Shown in pieces: positions 10,094 through 20,986 of a stretch of 64,000 bases of DNA (the stretch's first letter is position 1; each line of letters starts with the position of its first letter). This stretch comes from an uncultured bacterium. GTDB lineage: Bacteria; Patescibacteriota; JACMRA01. Below the pieces are notes generated by a model that had not been told where the DNA came from, did not search any database, and was given only the letters and a program-made list of their open reading frames with translations. Where the stretch lies: assembly GCA_963704645.1 (NCBI GenBank), contig OY969926.1, positions 768,001-832,000 of the forward strand. The letters run 5' to 3'. Position numbers and translations under genes: made by a program.

Positions 10094-11509
10094 CTATTCA
10101 CTAACAACCACACTCTTAACATTCACAAACTCCTTAATGCCGTGGCTGCCAAGTTCTCGTCCGAAACCGGAGTTTTTTACTCCTCCAAAGGGCATTTTAA
10201 TATTGCTTCTAACCATAGAATTTATACAAACCATGCCGCATTCTAAAAGTGGAGTTAGTTTTTTTGCTTTGTTCAAATCTTTCGTCCACAAACTTGCACC
10301 CAAACCTAATTTGGAATCGTTGGCAATTTTTATTGCTTCCATTTCGTCTTCAACAATAATTATTGGAACAACAGGGCCAAAAACTTCTTCACTATAAACA
10401 GCCATTTTATGGGAAATGTTAGTTAAAATTGTAGGTGGATAAAAACAGCTTGTAGAATTTTGTGTATCTTGCTTGGCAAACTCCATCCAGCTTTTTGTTA
10501 GAATTGCATTCTCACTATGGCCACCAGTTATAATTTTAGCTCCTAAACTTAAACTTTGTTCAACTTGTTTTTTAATATCTTCCAAGCTTTCCTGGCTAGC
10601 AAGTGGGCCAAAAGTGGTTTCTTTTTTGGTAGGGTCTCCTACAGCTTGATTTTCAAAATGAACTAAAACTTCTTTCACAAATTCTTCTGCAATATCTTTG
10701 TGTAAAATAAATCTTTTGGCTGCGTTACAGCTTTGCCCCTGATTCCTTAGTCTGGCTAAACTGGCTTGTTTTGCTGCTTCTTTAATATTGGCATCTTCTA
10801 AAACAATAAATGGATCGTTTCCACCAAGTTCCATAATGGTTTTCTTAATGGCATTTCCTGCCACAGCTCCAACTTTTCTACCTGCATTTTCACTGCCAAT
10901 TAGGGTAACTATGTTAATTCTGTCATCTTCAATTATTGGCTGAATTTGTCTTGAAGAAACAAGTAAGCTTGTCATCACTCCGCTTGGAAAGCCGGCCATG
11001 TTAAAAATTTGCTGAATAGCCATAGAAACCTGAGGCATATTGGAAGCGTGCTTCAAAAGTACTGTATTGCCAGCCATAATAGCAGGAATAATAGGGCGAA
11101 GGGCAAGGTAAAACGGGTAATTCCAAGGGGCAATGTGCAACAAAATTCCCATTGGTTCATATTTGATGTATTGATTATCATCACCATCAATTATTTCGTC
11201 AGTTAAAAAGTTTTCAGCATTGTCTGCGTAATATTCAGCAATTTGGGCAGTTTTTTCAATATCTCCAAGGGCTTGTGTAATTGGCATGCCCATTTCTAAA
11301 GAAATTAGTTCAGCAAAGTTTTGACGCTTTTCCCTTAAAATTAAAGAAAGTTTGTACATTAATTTAGCCCGGTGATCAAAACTGGTTTTGCTCCAAACCT
11401 TAAATTGACTAAAAGCTTGGTCCATTGAATGTTCCACTTTTTCGGCAGACCATTCTGGAACTTCTAGCATTACTTTTTGGGTAAAAGGGTTTTTGGAAAT
11501 TAAGGGCAT
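10094..11509 (-). CDS. NAD(P)-dependent aldehyde dehydrogenase, succinate-semialdehyde dehydrogenase-like
   Basis: [44 protein letters not shown]. Confidence 0.92.
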   Translation of the reverse strand: MPLISKNPFTQKVMLEVPEWSAEKVEHSMDQAFSQFKVWSKTSFDHRAKLMYKLSLILREKRQNFAELISLEMGMPITQALGDIEKTAQIAEYYADNAENFLTDEIIDGDDNQYIKYEPMGILLHIAPWNYPFYLALRPIIPAIMAGNTVLLKHASNMPQVSMAIQQIFNMAGFPSGVMTSLLVSSRQIQPIIEDDRINIVTLIGSENAGRKVGAVAGNAIKKTIMELGGNDPFIVLEDANIKEAAKQASLARLRNQGQSCNAAKRFILHKDIAEEFVKEVLVHFENQAVGDPTKKETTFGPLASQESLEDIKKQVEQSLSLGAKIITGGHSENAILTKSWMEFAKQDTQNSTSCFYPPTILTNISHKMAVYSEEVFGPVVPIIIVEDEMEAIKIANDSKLGLGASLWTKDLNKAKKLTPLLECGMVCINSMVRSNIKMPFGGVKNSGFGRELGSHGIKEFVNVKSVVVSE

Positions 11510-11635
11510 AGGTGAAATGTTTTAAATTGAAAATAAACTGTTATTATAAGCTTGTAGAATTATCAGTGTTAAGTTGTCGTGGAGTCACCTTGAACTCGTT
11601 TCAGGGCCTAAACGTAAACTTGTCTCATATGTGAA

Positions 11636-11658
11636 TGGCTCGCAAGCTTCGCCGCTAC
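11636..11658 (-). repeat. GTAG-type REP-like palindrome, intergenic copy
   Basis: tggctcgcaagcttcgccgctac, identical core at 38880 and 43601, variant at 57484. Confidence 0.75.
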
Positions 11659-11723
11659 TTGTCCACCCTGAATTGATGAGATAATTAAATCTTGGCTAGG
11701 GAAATATGTAATCAGAGTGTGAA

Positions 11724-12008
11724 CTACCTTCTGTTACCAGAATACTGTCCTCTGGCTAATTCGTTAACAAAATAAGAAAATATAGAGAAGACAATTACAG
11801 CTAGTAAAGTTGGAGTTTCAAAATAAAAACCGAAAAAGTTGAAACTAGGTAAAAAGCCAAAAGCATTAATTATTGGACCTGTAAAACCATATAACCAATC
11901 TGTAATTGGAACTATGGTAATGCGGAAAAATATTAAAATAAATCTAATAGCTAAAAGTGAGCTTAGAATTCCGAAAAAGAATGTGAAAAATTGAGTTATT
12001 AAAGTCAT
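11724..12008 (-). CDS. YggT-like membrane protein
   Basis: LLAIRFIL...WLYGFTGPI...TLLAVIVF pattern with two hydrophobic segments. Confidence 0.7.
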   Translation of the reverse strand: MTLITQFFTFFFGILSSLLAIRFILIFFRITIVPITDWLYGFTGPIINAFGFLPSFNFFGFYFETPTLLAVIVFSIFSYFVNELARGQYSGNRR

Positions 12009-12152
12009 AGGCTATGGGTTTAAGTTAATTAATTAAATGTTTTGAAAAGAGGCAAGGGGAGGTGGTGGAATTTTACTTGCGCAATTTTTAAATTTGTGTT
12101 GATATTAGGGGGCAAATGTAATTTCTGCAAAAAAGCAGCAAAAGGATTGTAG

Positions 12153-12497
12153 ATGAATATATCAGTAGCAAGAACCACAGCACAAAATGAGAATGTACCT
12201 GACGATCTTTCAAGTCATCAAGTCATCGCCAATTTGATTACAGTAAGGGAGTGCGATCCCAATGTTGTAGCGCACATTGTTGGCTCTTTTGATGAATTGG
12301 AAGCATTTGTAGATATTATTAAAAAGAACGAGGAAAGCGACGACCCCGAAGAGAGAGATCCAAATGTGGTTAAGATAGAAGTTTCTCATCTGTCTGACAA
12401 CAGCAAAGCAGCAGATGCTGCTAAACGCTTAGTTGATTGGCTGGAAAACCAATATGACATTGTGGAGCAGAAGCTGCTGGAGGGAGAAGAAGAATAG
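12153..12497 (+). CDS. Acidic orphan protein with its own promoter-like region and terminator
   Basis: 114-aa ORF; hairpin GACTCACC/GGTGAGTC followed by T-run at 12511-12543. Confidence 0.65.
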   Translation: MNISVARTTAQNENVPDDLSSHQVIANLITVRECDPNVVAHIVGSFDELEAFVDIIKKNEESDDPEERDPNVVKIEVSHLSDNSKAADAAKRLVDWLENQYDIVEQKLLEGEEE

Positions 12498-12613
12498 CTT
12501 TCAAATCATAGACTCACCATTATTCGGGTGAGTCTTAATTTTTGGCAGGTTTGGAAGATGAATCTTATTTATTTTGACGAAAGTTACCTAGTATGCATAA
12601 ATAATAACAGACT

Positions 12614-13804
12614 TTGCAGGGCTCAAAATCTATTTCAAAAATTTTTATAAACTTCAAGCCCATACATTTAAAAACTATGTTCAAACTTAGCTCTGAATTT
12701 AAAGAGCGCTATTATAACTTTATCTATAAATATTTTAATTTGGAAAAAGACATCAAGCTTTTTCCTGTAGATTTTAATAAAGAGTGGTATCAAATTGTAT
12801 TAGATCAAAAGTGGAACTTATCTTTACAGATTGTTGTCGAGTTTGTATCATCAATTTTCAGTTCTTTAACACCTTTGATTTTGGGAACTGCCTTTTTCAG
12901 TAATAAAATAGAGTATTTATATTATTTTGCATTTGGGTATATTGCTATAGAATTATTGAATAGATTTGTAATTCGCTACTTTTCCATTTTAATTTTGCAG
13001 TCCAAGAATAGCGTGGCATTTTCGGCCTACCAGTATTTTTTATCTGTAGACCCTATTTACCACACCACAAAATCTAGCGGGCAAATTATTAGTAAAATTC
13101 AAAAAACCACTTCTGATTTGGAAATGTTTATTTCTGGAGCTGCTGAAGTCTTTTTACCTACAATAGTTGGTTTTGCCACTGTGGTTATAACAATAGCAAC
13201 ATTTGATTATAGACTAGGTATTGTAGGAACAATATCTTTTATTTTAATAGCACTTGTGAACGGAGGCTTAAACTATTTAAATGCCGAAATTTTTAAGAAA
13301 AAAACTATTGCCGCTGAAGACAAAGCTAAAGCAGATTCTGTGGAAACCTTACAACAAAATGCTTTAATTAGAGCTTCTTTTGCAGCCAATGAGCAATTAG
13401 GAAAAGTTAAAAAAAGTACTACCAAGTATATGGTTTTGGAATCTGTAAGCAGGCAAACATTTGGAGTTACTAGAACTTTAACAAGAATCGTATATGTCAC
13501 TTCAACTTTGCTAATTGGACTAATTATTTATGATTTGACCAGCACTAACCAGATGAATGCGGGAATAGGTATTTCTTTGTTACTTGCCTATTTTAATGGT
13601 TCAGGACAAATTTTACGAATTGGAGATTTAATAAGAAATTTAATACAGATTGTTTCAAGGCAAGAAGATTTGTTTGATTTTATTAGGCAGTTTGGGGTGC
13701 AAAGCTATCCTGTTTTAGAAGGAGATAAAATTAATGAGAATGTTGCCTTGCAAATTCAACAGCTGCAAGATAAACAAAAAGAATATGAGGGGGATAGGAG
13801 GTAA
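12614..13804 (+). CDS. ABC transporter transmembrane domain protein (likely start ATG 12677)
   Basis: Six TM-like segments, YHTTKSSGQIISKI motif of ABC exporters. Confidence 0.8.
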   Translation: MQGSKSISKIFINFKPIHLKTMFKLSSEFKERYYNFIYKYFNLEKDIKLFPVDFNKEWYQIVLDQKWNLSLQIVVEFVSSIFSSLTPLILGTAFFSNKIEYLYYFAFGYIAIELLNRFVIRYFSILILQSKNSVAFSAYQYFLSVDPIYHTTKSSGQIISKIQKTTSDLEMFISGAAEVFLPTIVGFATVVITIATFDYRLGIVGTISFILIALVNGGLNYLNAEIFKKKTIAAEDKAKADSVETLQQNALIRASFAANEQLGKVKKSTTKYMVLESVSRQTFGVTRTLTRIVYVTSTLLIGLIIYDLTSTNQMNAGIGISLLLAYFNGSGQILRIGDLIRNLIQIVSRQEDLFDFIRQFGVQSYPVLEGDKINENVALQIQQLQDKQKEYEGDRR

Positions 13805-13927
13805 AAGTCACGGGCACTTAAAGAAAAACACCTTCCGTCCTTCGGACACCTTCCTCAAGGAAGGACATCCCAACAACACAATTATTCATGGCGACACGAT
13901 GGTCACCGCTACACAAAATAATATTTT

Positions 13928-14710
13928 ATGAAATCAATTCACTTACAACTTAAAAATTTAAATTTTAAATATAATTCTACTACAACACTTTTTGAAAATC
14001 ACAATTTGGAGCTTCAAACAGGTTCACAAGAATCTCATCTATATGGAATTATTGGCCCTTCTGGGGTTGGTAAAACTACACTTATTAGCATTCTTGGTGG
14101 TCAGCTAAACCCAGATTCTGGGGAAATTTTAATAGATAAAGAAGATGTTTATAAATTGGATGATTTTGGTAGGAGACAATTATTGGCATTTCAGGCTCAA
14201 ATCTCAAGTAATCTAAGAGGAAAGCTAGACTATAACCTGCTTTTTGGTCTTCCTGCTAATGAAAAAATATATTCAGATGAAGATTTAATTTCTGTTTTAA
14301 AATCGGTTGGTCTTTGGAAATTATTTGAAGAAAAAGATGGTCTAAAAACTTTGATTGGGGAAGGTGGACTTAATTTGTCTGGCGGACAAAGACAACGTTT
14401 GAATTTTGCTGGGTTGTTTTTACGGGCAAAATATTTTCAACCTAAATTAATTATTATAGATGAACCAACCAGCTCTTTAGATGAAATTTCGGAAAAAGCT
14501 ATAACTAACATGATTGATGAATTAGCTAAAAATTCGCTAACCTTAGTTGTAGCCCATCGTTTAAAAACACTAGACAAAGCTATTGGAATTTTAGATATGT
14601 CTAGGGCCAAACTAGATAAAAACCTTGTTTTTTACAATAAAGATGACTTAATGAAAGTTTCACCATACTTTAAAAACTTGCTTGATGGTAATTTGGAATT
14701 AGATGAGTAG
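13928..14710 (+). CDS. ABC transporter ATP-binding protein
   Basis: GPSGVGKT, LSGGQRQR, IIIDEPTSSLD, VAHRL. Confidence 0.93.
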   Translation: MKSIHLQLKNLNFKYNSTTTLFENHNLELQTGSQESHLYGIIGPSGVGKTTLISILGGQLNPDSGEILIDKEDVYKLDDFGRRQLLAFQAQISSNLRGKLDYNLLFGLPANEKIYSDEDLISVLKSVGLWKLFEEKDGLKTLIGEGGLNLSGGQRQRLNFAGLFLRAKYFQPKLIIIDEPTSSLDEISEKAITNMIDELAKNSLTLVVAHRLKTLDKAIGILDMSRAKLDKNLVFYNKDDLMKVSPYFKNLLDGNLELDE

Positions 14711-14759
14711 GGGGTTTTATTTTATTGACATTTAGCTTAGTTTCTCCAAATTTAGAAGC

Positions 14760-15080
14760 ATGACCATTAACCCTTACATTAGGTTAGTTTTGTTGCTTAG
14801 CTTGTTTTTTCTACTGTTTTTAAGCGCAGTAAGTTACACAACTTTGTTGGCTAGTAGTAATGTAGATTTGGAAGCAACTATTATTCAGGTTAACAAAACT
14901 GCTTCGGAAAGGAATACTTATTATAACGAAGCTAGGAATTCTTTGAACGGAGAAATTCAAGTTAGTAAGAATAATGATTCCCTGCAAAGCGTGAACAATG
15001 ACTCTTTAATTAAAATTAGAGATATTGCAATTACATCTAACAGTCCACAAAGTACAGGTGGGGCAATTACCGTAAGATAG
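14760..15080 (+). CDS. Hypothetical protein with signal/TM helix
   Basis: N-terminal hydrophobic segment; TTGACA upstream. Confidence 0.6.
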   Translation: MTINPYIRLVLLLSLFFLLFLSAVSYTTLLASSNVDLEATIIQVNKTASERNTYYNEARNSLNGEIQVSKNNDSLQSVNNDSLIKIRDIAITSNSPQSTGGAITVR

Positions 15081-15116
15081 CTTGACATCACCGCCTCAAT
15101 AGCCAAATAAACATAC

Positions 15117-15593
15117 ATGGCCTTAGATTTATCAAACTTACCAGATTTAAAAGTAGGTGATGTTGCTCCTATTTTTTCACTTAAAAATCAGAAAGATGAA
15201 ACAATTTCTTTGCAAGAAGTTTTATCTAGCGGCAAAATGGTTTTGTTAGTATTTTATCCAGGTGACTTAACACCAGGCTGCACTGTTCAGCTTTGTGGAA
15301 TTAGAGATATTTACTCTGAGTACGAGGCAGCCAATGTAAAAGTGCTAGGTGTAAACCATTCTAACGCAAAGTCTCATCAAAAATTCATAGATACTTACAA
15401 TTACCAGTTTGATATTTTGGTAGACGAAGACAGGCAGCTACAATATGCGTATGGTGCTGTAAAAAACTTTATTGGCAAGGCAAGTACAAAGCGTGGAGTT
15501 TTCTTAATTGACACCGATGGTAAAATTATTTATCAGGTTTGGGGACAACAAGACAACCACAAAATTTTAGAATTCATTGGCTCTATTAAATAA
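15117..15593 (+). CDS. bcp: Peroxiredoxin, BCP/PrxQ family
   Basis: FYPGDLTPGCTVQLC motif. Confidence 0.88.
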   Translation: MALDLSNLPDLKVGDVAPIFSLKNQKDETISLQEVLSSGKMVLLVFYPGDLTPGCTVQLCGIRDIYSEYEAANVKVLGVNHSNAKSHQKFIDTYNYQFDILVDEDRQLQYAYGAVKNFIGKASTKRGVFLIDTDGKIIYQVWGQQDNHKILEFIGSIK

Positions 15594-15652
15594 TTTAGCT
15601 AAATTAAATCTAATTTAAATCAATCACAAATCTTATCAAATTATAATCAAAT

Positions 15653-16042
15653 ATGGCCCAAATAAACGTAAACGATTCCACCGCAAAATCTGGCAACTGG
15701 AAACCAGAAGAAGTTCCACAACTAACTGTAGATGTATACCGCACAGGAGATAGCATCTTTGTTGTTTCAACTGTAGCTGGGGTTAACCCAAAAGACTTAG
15801 ACATTTCTGTAGAGGGCAATACTTTGTCTATTAAGGGAATTAGAAGAAAGCCATACAGCGATAATGATAATGTAGTTTTACTAGAAGAGTGTTTCTGGGG
15901 TGAATTTTACAGGGAATTAACCATTAATGAAAATTTGGACGTAGATAAAATTAAAGCAACTCTAAATCAAGGTGTTTTAATGGTTGAAGTGCCTATCTTA
16001 AAATTGTCTTCCCATAGACGAATTCAAGTAGATATGCAATAG
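15653..16042 (+). CDS. Small heat shock protein Hsp20/alpha-crystallin
   Basis: VDVY...AGVNPKDLDI...LSIKG...GEFYREL...IKATLNQGVL. Confidence 0.92.
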   Translation: MAQINVNDSTAKSGNWKPEEVPQLTVDVYRTGDSIFVVSTVAGVNPKDLDISVEGNTLSIKGIRRKPYSDNDNVVLLEECFWGEFYRELTINENLDVDKIKATLNQGVLMVEVPILKLSSHRRIQVDMQ

Positions 16043-16050
16043 TTTATTTC

Positions 16051-16791
16051 ATGCGCATTAATCAGTATTTAGCCCATCAACTTGGCATTTCTAGAAGGCA
16101 AGGTGATGAAATTATAAAAAAAGGAGAAGTAAAAATAGGAGGAAATTTGTGTAATTTGTTCGATCAAGTTAGTGCTGGATCTGTTGTAGAATATTACAAT
16201 CATCAAAAAGGATGGACAAAAATTAGCGAGGAAACAGAATTCAAAACTATCTTATTCTATAAACCAATTTTTACGGTAACAACTAGGTCAGATGAGTTTA
16301 AAAGAAAAACTATTTATTCTTTCTTAAAATCTAGTTATTTCAGCTTTAAACCCGCTGGACGTTTAGATTATTTAAGCGAAGGCTTGTTGGTATTAAGCCA
16401 AGATGGAGAATTAATTAATAAGTTAACCCATCCTTCTTTCGGTACTAAAAAAAGGTATTTAGTTGCTTTAAAACAAGCTTTAGAACCAAACCAAATTAAA
16501 GAAATGCAGAAAGGTCTAACCATTTTAGAAACCAAGCTAAACCCAGTTTCTGTAAAACAATTAGATCCATCTAAAGAATGGGCTTTCATGAAACCAGAGC
16601 CGAAACACGTTTGGTACGAATTTACTTTAACCGAAGGTAAAAACAATCAAATCAGGCAAATGTGCGAATATTTTGGTCAAAAAGTTTTACGTTTAATTCG
16701 TATTCAGCACGGCCCGTATTTGCTTACAGAAGAATTGCTTGAGAAGAAAATTTTGAAGGTTGAAGATATAGAAGCAGAGGAAATAAAATAA
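16051..16791 (+). CDS. rRNA pseudouridine synthase, RsuA/RluB family
   Basis: S4 domain MRINQYLA..SRR, GRLDYLSEGLL, EGKNNQIRQM. Confidence 0.92.
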   Translation: MRINQYLAHQLGISRRQGDEIIKKGEVKIGGNLCNLFDQVSAGSVVEYYNHQKGWTKISEETEFKTILFYKPIFTVTTRSDEFKRKTIYSFLKSSYFSFKPAGRLDYLSEGLLVLSQDGELINKLTHPSFGTKKRYLVALKQALEPNQIKEMQKGLTILETKLNPVSVKQLDPSKEWAFMKPEPKHVWYEFTLTEGKNNQIRQMCEYFGQKVLRLIRIQHGPYLLTEELLEKKILKVEDIEAEEIK

Positions 16792-16825
16792 AGCCCCACA
16801 GGTGTGAGGCAGGTTTTATTGTTAG

Positions 16826-17101
16826 TTAAAACTTTGAGACTCTTTTAAAGCCAGTGCTATAAGCTATATAATTCTCAGTTTTATCAATTTCTTCAGGGCT
16901 GCATGTCCATGTATATCTGGCATCACACTGAAGTACATAAAAGATAGACTTGGTTGTTGTACTTTCAATTCTCGTGGAAAGCATTTCTCCGTCTATAGTC
17001 AGCCAGACTTCCCATTCTCCATACGATGCTATATGGGTGTAATCTTCTGGCTCTAATTCTAAAGTTTTTAATATTGCCTGATGTGACTTTCTATCTAACA
17101 T
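16826..17101 (-). CDS. Small orphan protein (91 aa from ATG 17101)
   Basis: The upstream part of the called ORF (17102-17296) is AT-rich non-coding-like; terminator-like hairpin near 16791-16812. Confidence 0.55.
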   Translation of the reverse strand: MLDRKSHQAILKTLELEPEDYTHIASYGEWEVWLTIDGEMLSTRIESTTTKSIFYVLQCDARYTWTCSPEEIDKTENYIAYSTGFKRVSKF

Positions 17102-17381
17102 GGTTTTTTGGTTTCCAAAAAATACTTTTATATAAAGTCTACAATCTAAATATTTGTCGTATGTTTGCGTGTAAATAATATACAGTAGAATAATTCTTAT
17201 AATAATAAAATGAATGAATAAAATATAAGCGTATAATAAAATATACAAATATTTAAATTTAACCATAAAAAAGCCCTGCAAAGGCAAGGTGTACAATATT
17301 TAACATTTTGTTTTAGTTATTTCATTTAAAATTAAAAGCCCCACAGTTGTGAGACTTGTTATTCTTATATGTGTAGCTTAT

Positions 17382-17999
17382 TTACACAGGACGTGTATCA
17401 TATATTGACCAATACTGTTCCATCACTTCATTCCAAGTTGATTGGAAAAGTTCTCCATCAATTAAAGTTGTGTATTCTGCAATTGAAAAATGCCTCCACC
17501 TTTGTAGTGCCTCCAACTTTTTGCGAAACAAATACTTTTCATTTCCCCTAAAAACCAATTTACTGTTTTTGAAAGAAATTGGCTCTGTTCCAGGATATAT
17601 AGCATCTGGCCCGCTGGAAGGGTATGAATTAGTAATTGTCCACATTCCATCAATTTGATTGAGATAAATAAACAAATATTTGGTTGGGTAGCCACCGCTT
17701 CCTGGAAGGATAGGTGTTGGGGCCAGTCTGTTCTCCCTTATGCCAAACCAGATTGTTTCATCTAGCTCAACAGCATTTGGACTATAAATTAGTCCTTGCA
17801 TACCAACACTTCTGTCAAACATTACATGCGTTGAAAATGAAAGTCTATAATTGTTCATTGAAACATCAATTACAATCTTTTGTATGGCCTCTTGTAACAA
17901 TTCGTAAGTTATTCCTGGATGCCTTTCAACATGTTTCCACAGTATATCATTTACGCAAACCGTTGTTCCACAAGCACTAGCCAAATATTCGTTATTCAT
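17382..17999 (-). CDS. Hypothetical protein, paralog of 19035-19624
   Basis: 205-aa ORF with shared motifs H..RHP, R..PTPI, G.EPIS, L.RWR...IAEY.T..DG. Confidence 0.75.
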   Translation of the reverse strand: MNNEYLASACGTTVCVNDILWKHVERHPGITYELLQEAIQKIVIDVSMNNYRLSFSTHVMFDRSVGMQGLIYSPNAVELDETIWFGIRENRLAPTPILPGSGGYPTKYLFIYLNQIDGMWTITNSYPSSGPDAIYPGTEPISFKNSKLVFRGNEKYLFRKKLEALQRWRHFSIAEYTTLIDGELFQSTWNEVMEQYWSIYDTRPV

Positions 18000-18180
18000 T
18001 TTAATTACCTCAGCTGCTATTTTGAGTAAATTTTGTTAAAAAAATTACTGTTTAACTTACGTTTAAATTAAATGGAATAGAAAATTATAACGTATAAAAA
18101 TCATACATATTATTTTAAAAGTATTTTCTTATTGTTTAAATGAATTTTCTTATGTATAATTATGTATACAAATTGGCAGA

Positions 18181-18945
18181 ATGACTTTATATCAACAAAT
18201 TTCTAAAATATTGGGGTTGAATGGTGAAGAAGCAAACTTATTTGAAATTTTAAACACCTCTAAGCAAAATTTAACCGTTACAATTCTTGCAAATAGGCTA
18301 GGGGTGCAAAGGTTAAAAGTTTATAATATACTAGATAAATTTAACCAAATGGGACTAATGGAAAGTATTGATTCTAAAAAGGGAATAAAGATGCAATCTC
18401 CTACTGTAATTTTAAGCTACTTAGAAGCTAAGAAAATAGAAAATGAACAGGTTTTAAATAGTTATTCTAATTTACTTCCAGAACTACTTTTTCAATATCA
18501 AAGCACAAGTAAAGCACCTTTCATAACCGTTGTAGAAAACAAAAATGATGTAATACGTTTATTTCTAGGTTTGTATCGTGAGGCAAACTCTAATATATAT
18601 TTTTTAGGAAATTCTGGTCAGTTTGAAGATTATGTTGGAACTATGGTAATTAATGAACTAATTAAAATGAGAATAGAGAAAAAGCTCGAATTAAAAATAC
18701 TGGCCTACGAGGAAGGAACAATACTGCACGAATACTCTAGTGTTAACTTGTCACAAAAAAGATTTGTTAAATGGTTGCCAGCAGATAATAAATCTCAGGG
18801 ATATATTCATTTTACAGAAAGAAAAGTAGTTTTGTGGAACCCAATTTTATCTAGAGCTGTTGTAATTTCAGATCAAACAATTGCTAGCTTGTATAAGTCA
18901 GTTTTTGAAACAATGTGGAATTTACTACCAGAAGTTAAAGCTTAA
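18181..18945 (+). CDS. TrmB-family transcriptional regulator
   Basis: N-terminal wHTH (LANRLGVQRLKVYNILDKF..MGLM), C-terminal IASLYKSVFETMWN. Confidence 0.82.
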   Translation: MTLYQQISKILGLNGEEANLFEILNTSKQNLTVTILANRLGVQRLKVYNILDKFNQMGLMESIDSKKGIKMQSPTVILSYLEAKKIENEQVLNSYSNLLPELLFQYQSTSKAPFITVVENKNDVIRLFLGLYREANSNIYFLGNSGQFEDYVGTMVINELIKMRIEKKLELKILAYEEGTILHEYSSVNLSQKRFVKWLPADNKSQGYIHFTERKVVLWNPILSRAVVISDQTIASLYKSVFETMWNLLPEVKA

Positions 18946-19034
18946 ATTTATTACAAGAAAAAAAGCCTCACCTAGTGATGAAGCTTATTTGGTTATTACA
19001 GTCTGGATTATCCAAAAATTATTTGATCTAATTT

Positions 19035-19624
19035 TTAATCATAAACATTGTAGTAATTTGCAAGTATATAACGCCAGGTTGCAACGAATACTTTACCATC
19101 TAAAACGGTTGCATATTCAGCTATTTCACAATACCTCCATCTTGCTAATCGCTCATACATTGCTTGTTCCCGCGCTGTTTCATTTGGGTAATTGCAAAGT
19201 CTGTGGCTTTTGGAAATTGGTTCTGAACCTGGGTTAAAAGAACCCGGTCCATCACAACAATATGCATTCCACAAATACCATTTTGAATTAATTTTTTAAA
19301 GTATAGAAAAATTACTGTAGTTGGAGTGCCGTTATGTTCCACTGCTATAGGCGTTGGGCATAATCTACCCTTTCTTAAACCAAAATTAATTTCGGCAGAT
19401 TGTCTTGTTCTTTTTCCGTGGTAAACAAGTGCAAAGTTACCAATAACATACTCCATATCAACATATGCTCCATAGACATTGGCAGTTTCAGGAAGGCTAA
19501 CTTTATATATTGCTTCGGTAAGCAAATTAACGTTTATTTCTGGATGCCTTGCCGCGTGTAACCAAAAGTCTACAGTTGCCAAGACAAATTTTCCACATCC
19601 TGCTCTAAACATGTAAGCTGCCAC
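19035..19624 (-). pseudogene. Frameshifted paralog of 17382-17999
   Basis: N-half in ORF 19145-19624 and C-half in ORF 19035-19274 both align to the paralog; one extra A in the A6 run near 19292-19297 restores the frame. Confidence 0.8.
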
Positions 19625-19732
19625 AGTAAAATGCCCTTTATTTAGTAATAAACCCTACAATTTATGGTAAAGCACAAATAATTCTATGTGTAAACTTAAA
19701 ACAATTTTAGCATTCAAACTGCTAAAAACTAA

Positions 19733-20587
19733 TTAGTAAATTCTAACCAAAAATCCGCTTGGTAGTGGTATTTTAGATTCGCAGATTTGTATAATCTCGC
19801 TGGTTTCTACAGTTTTGTTTGGGAATAGTTTTTGAATCATCACTTTCAAAATTGTTGGTGTAAACCTTGGAGAGTGTAGGGTAAGAATAATTTTGCCGTT
19901 TGGAGTAAGGATTTGTTTAGAAAGTTCTAGTAATTTAATTAAATTTTCTTCAATTTTGAAAACTTCACCCTTGGTTCCACGTCCGTAACTTGGGGCATCA
20001 ATTATAATTCCGCCATATTTTGCAGCTCTTTTTTCTTCTTTCTGCATAAATTTCTGTGCATCTTCTAAAATCAGTCTTTGTCCATTTCTACTTAAACTAT
20101 TTAAACCTAAATTCATTGTGTAGCTGTCCATGGCCGCACTAGAAGAATCTACAGCGGTAACCTCAAAACCTGCTTTAATTAATCCCATAGCGTTGGAACC
20201 AGTATAGGAAAACAAGTTTAAAATTTTATCTTTTTTGTTGAAGAAATCCACTAGACTTGGAGCGTAAATCCAGTGTTCGGTAAAAATTCCAATGTTACCA
20301 AATTGGTTTGGTTCAACCTGCCATTTTAGACCGTCAGGGCTTTCTACAGTCCAGTTTTCTGGAATGCCTGGTCCGGCCTGTTTTCTTTTTACTTCAGGGT
20401 TTGGGTTTAAGTTTTTCCATACTCCTTTTTCACCTTCACCGCGCATGAATTCGCTTTCAGCTTTGGCCCATTCGGCGTCTAAAGTTTTTGGCCACATAGC
20501 TTGAGGGCAAGGGCGAATAATTCTATACTCTCCAGCTTGCTCTAGTTTTTTTTGGTCTCCGCAATCAATTAACCTATATTCAGTCAT
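19733..20587 (-). CDS. Class I SAM-dependent methyltransferase, RlmI/RlmK-like
   Basis: YRLIDCGDQKKLE, IGIFTEH, ILNLFSYTG, IIIDAPSYGRG. Confidence 0.87.
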   Translation of the reverse strand: MTEYRLIDCGDQKKLEQAGEYRIIRPCPQAMWPKTLDAEWAKAESEFMRGEGEKGVWKNLNPNPEVKRKQAGPGIPENWTVESPDGLKWQVEPNQFGNIGIFTEHWIYAPSLVDFFNKKDKILNLFSYTGSNAMGLIKAGFEVTAVDSSSAAMDSYTMNLGLNSLSRNGQRLILEDAQKFMQKEEKRAAKYGGIIIDAPSYGRGTKGEVFKIEENLIKLLELSKQILTPNGKIILTLHSPRFTPTILKVMIQKLFPNKTVETSEIIQICESKIPLPSGFLVRIY

Positions 20588-20826
20588 AGATTAACTTAAA
20601 TTAGGGAAATTATTTTTGGCAAGGAGGAGGGAGGTTTTCCCCCAATGTTTTTTTATTGCTCTAGATGATTAAATTCTAGACGATTTACTCTCTAAACTAT
20701 AAATTTTGTTTATGATTGTTGTATTTTGAGGCTTTTAACTATCATTTACTCAAAAATTGTTTGAAGTAAAATCAAATTGCACTTAAATTATGTATTTGGT
20801 TACTACAATGTTATCCTTTTTACACT

Positions 20827-20977
20827 GCTGGAATGACAAGCATTCCCCTACAAAACTATTTGTATTGCAATTTCACTTTGAAATAAAATTATTAAAGGGA
20901 GACCAGTAGGTCTCCGCTACATTTTTTGTTTATGATGCTGCGTTAAATTTTTGGTGGCGAGACGGGCTCGCCGCTAC
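20827..20977 (-). repeat. Cluster of three GTAG-type REP-like hairpins
   Basis: ggaatgacaagcattcccctac, ggagaccagtaggtctccgctac, ggcgagacgggctcgccgctac, each a hairpin followed by ctac. Confidence 0.7.
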
Positions 20978-20986
20978 TTGCAATTT

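Noticed and set aside
13734-13931. ORF bridging ABC membrane and ATPase genes (possible frameshifted fusion)
   Set aside because: It runs through REP-like hairpins and shows no ABC-like sequence; both neighbours have their own plausible ends.
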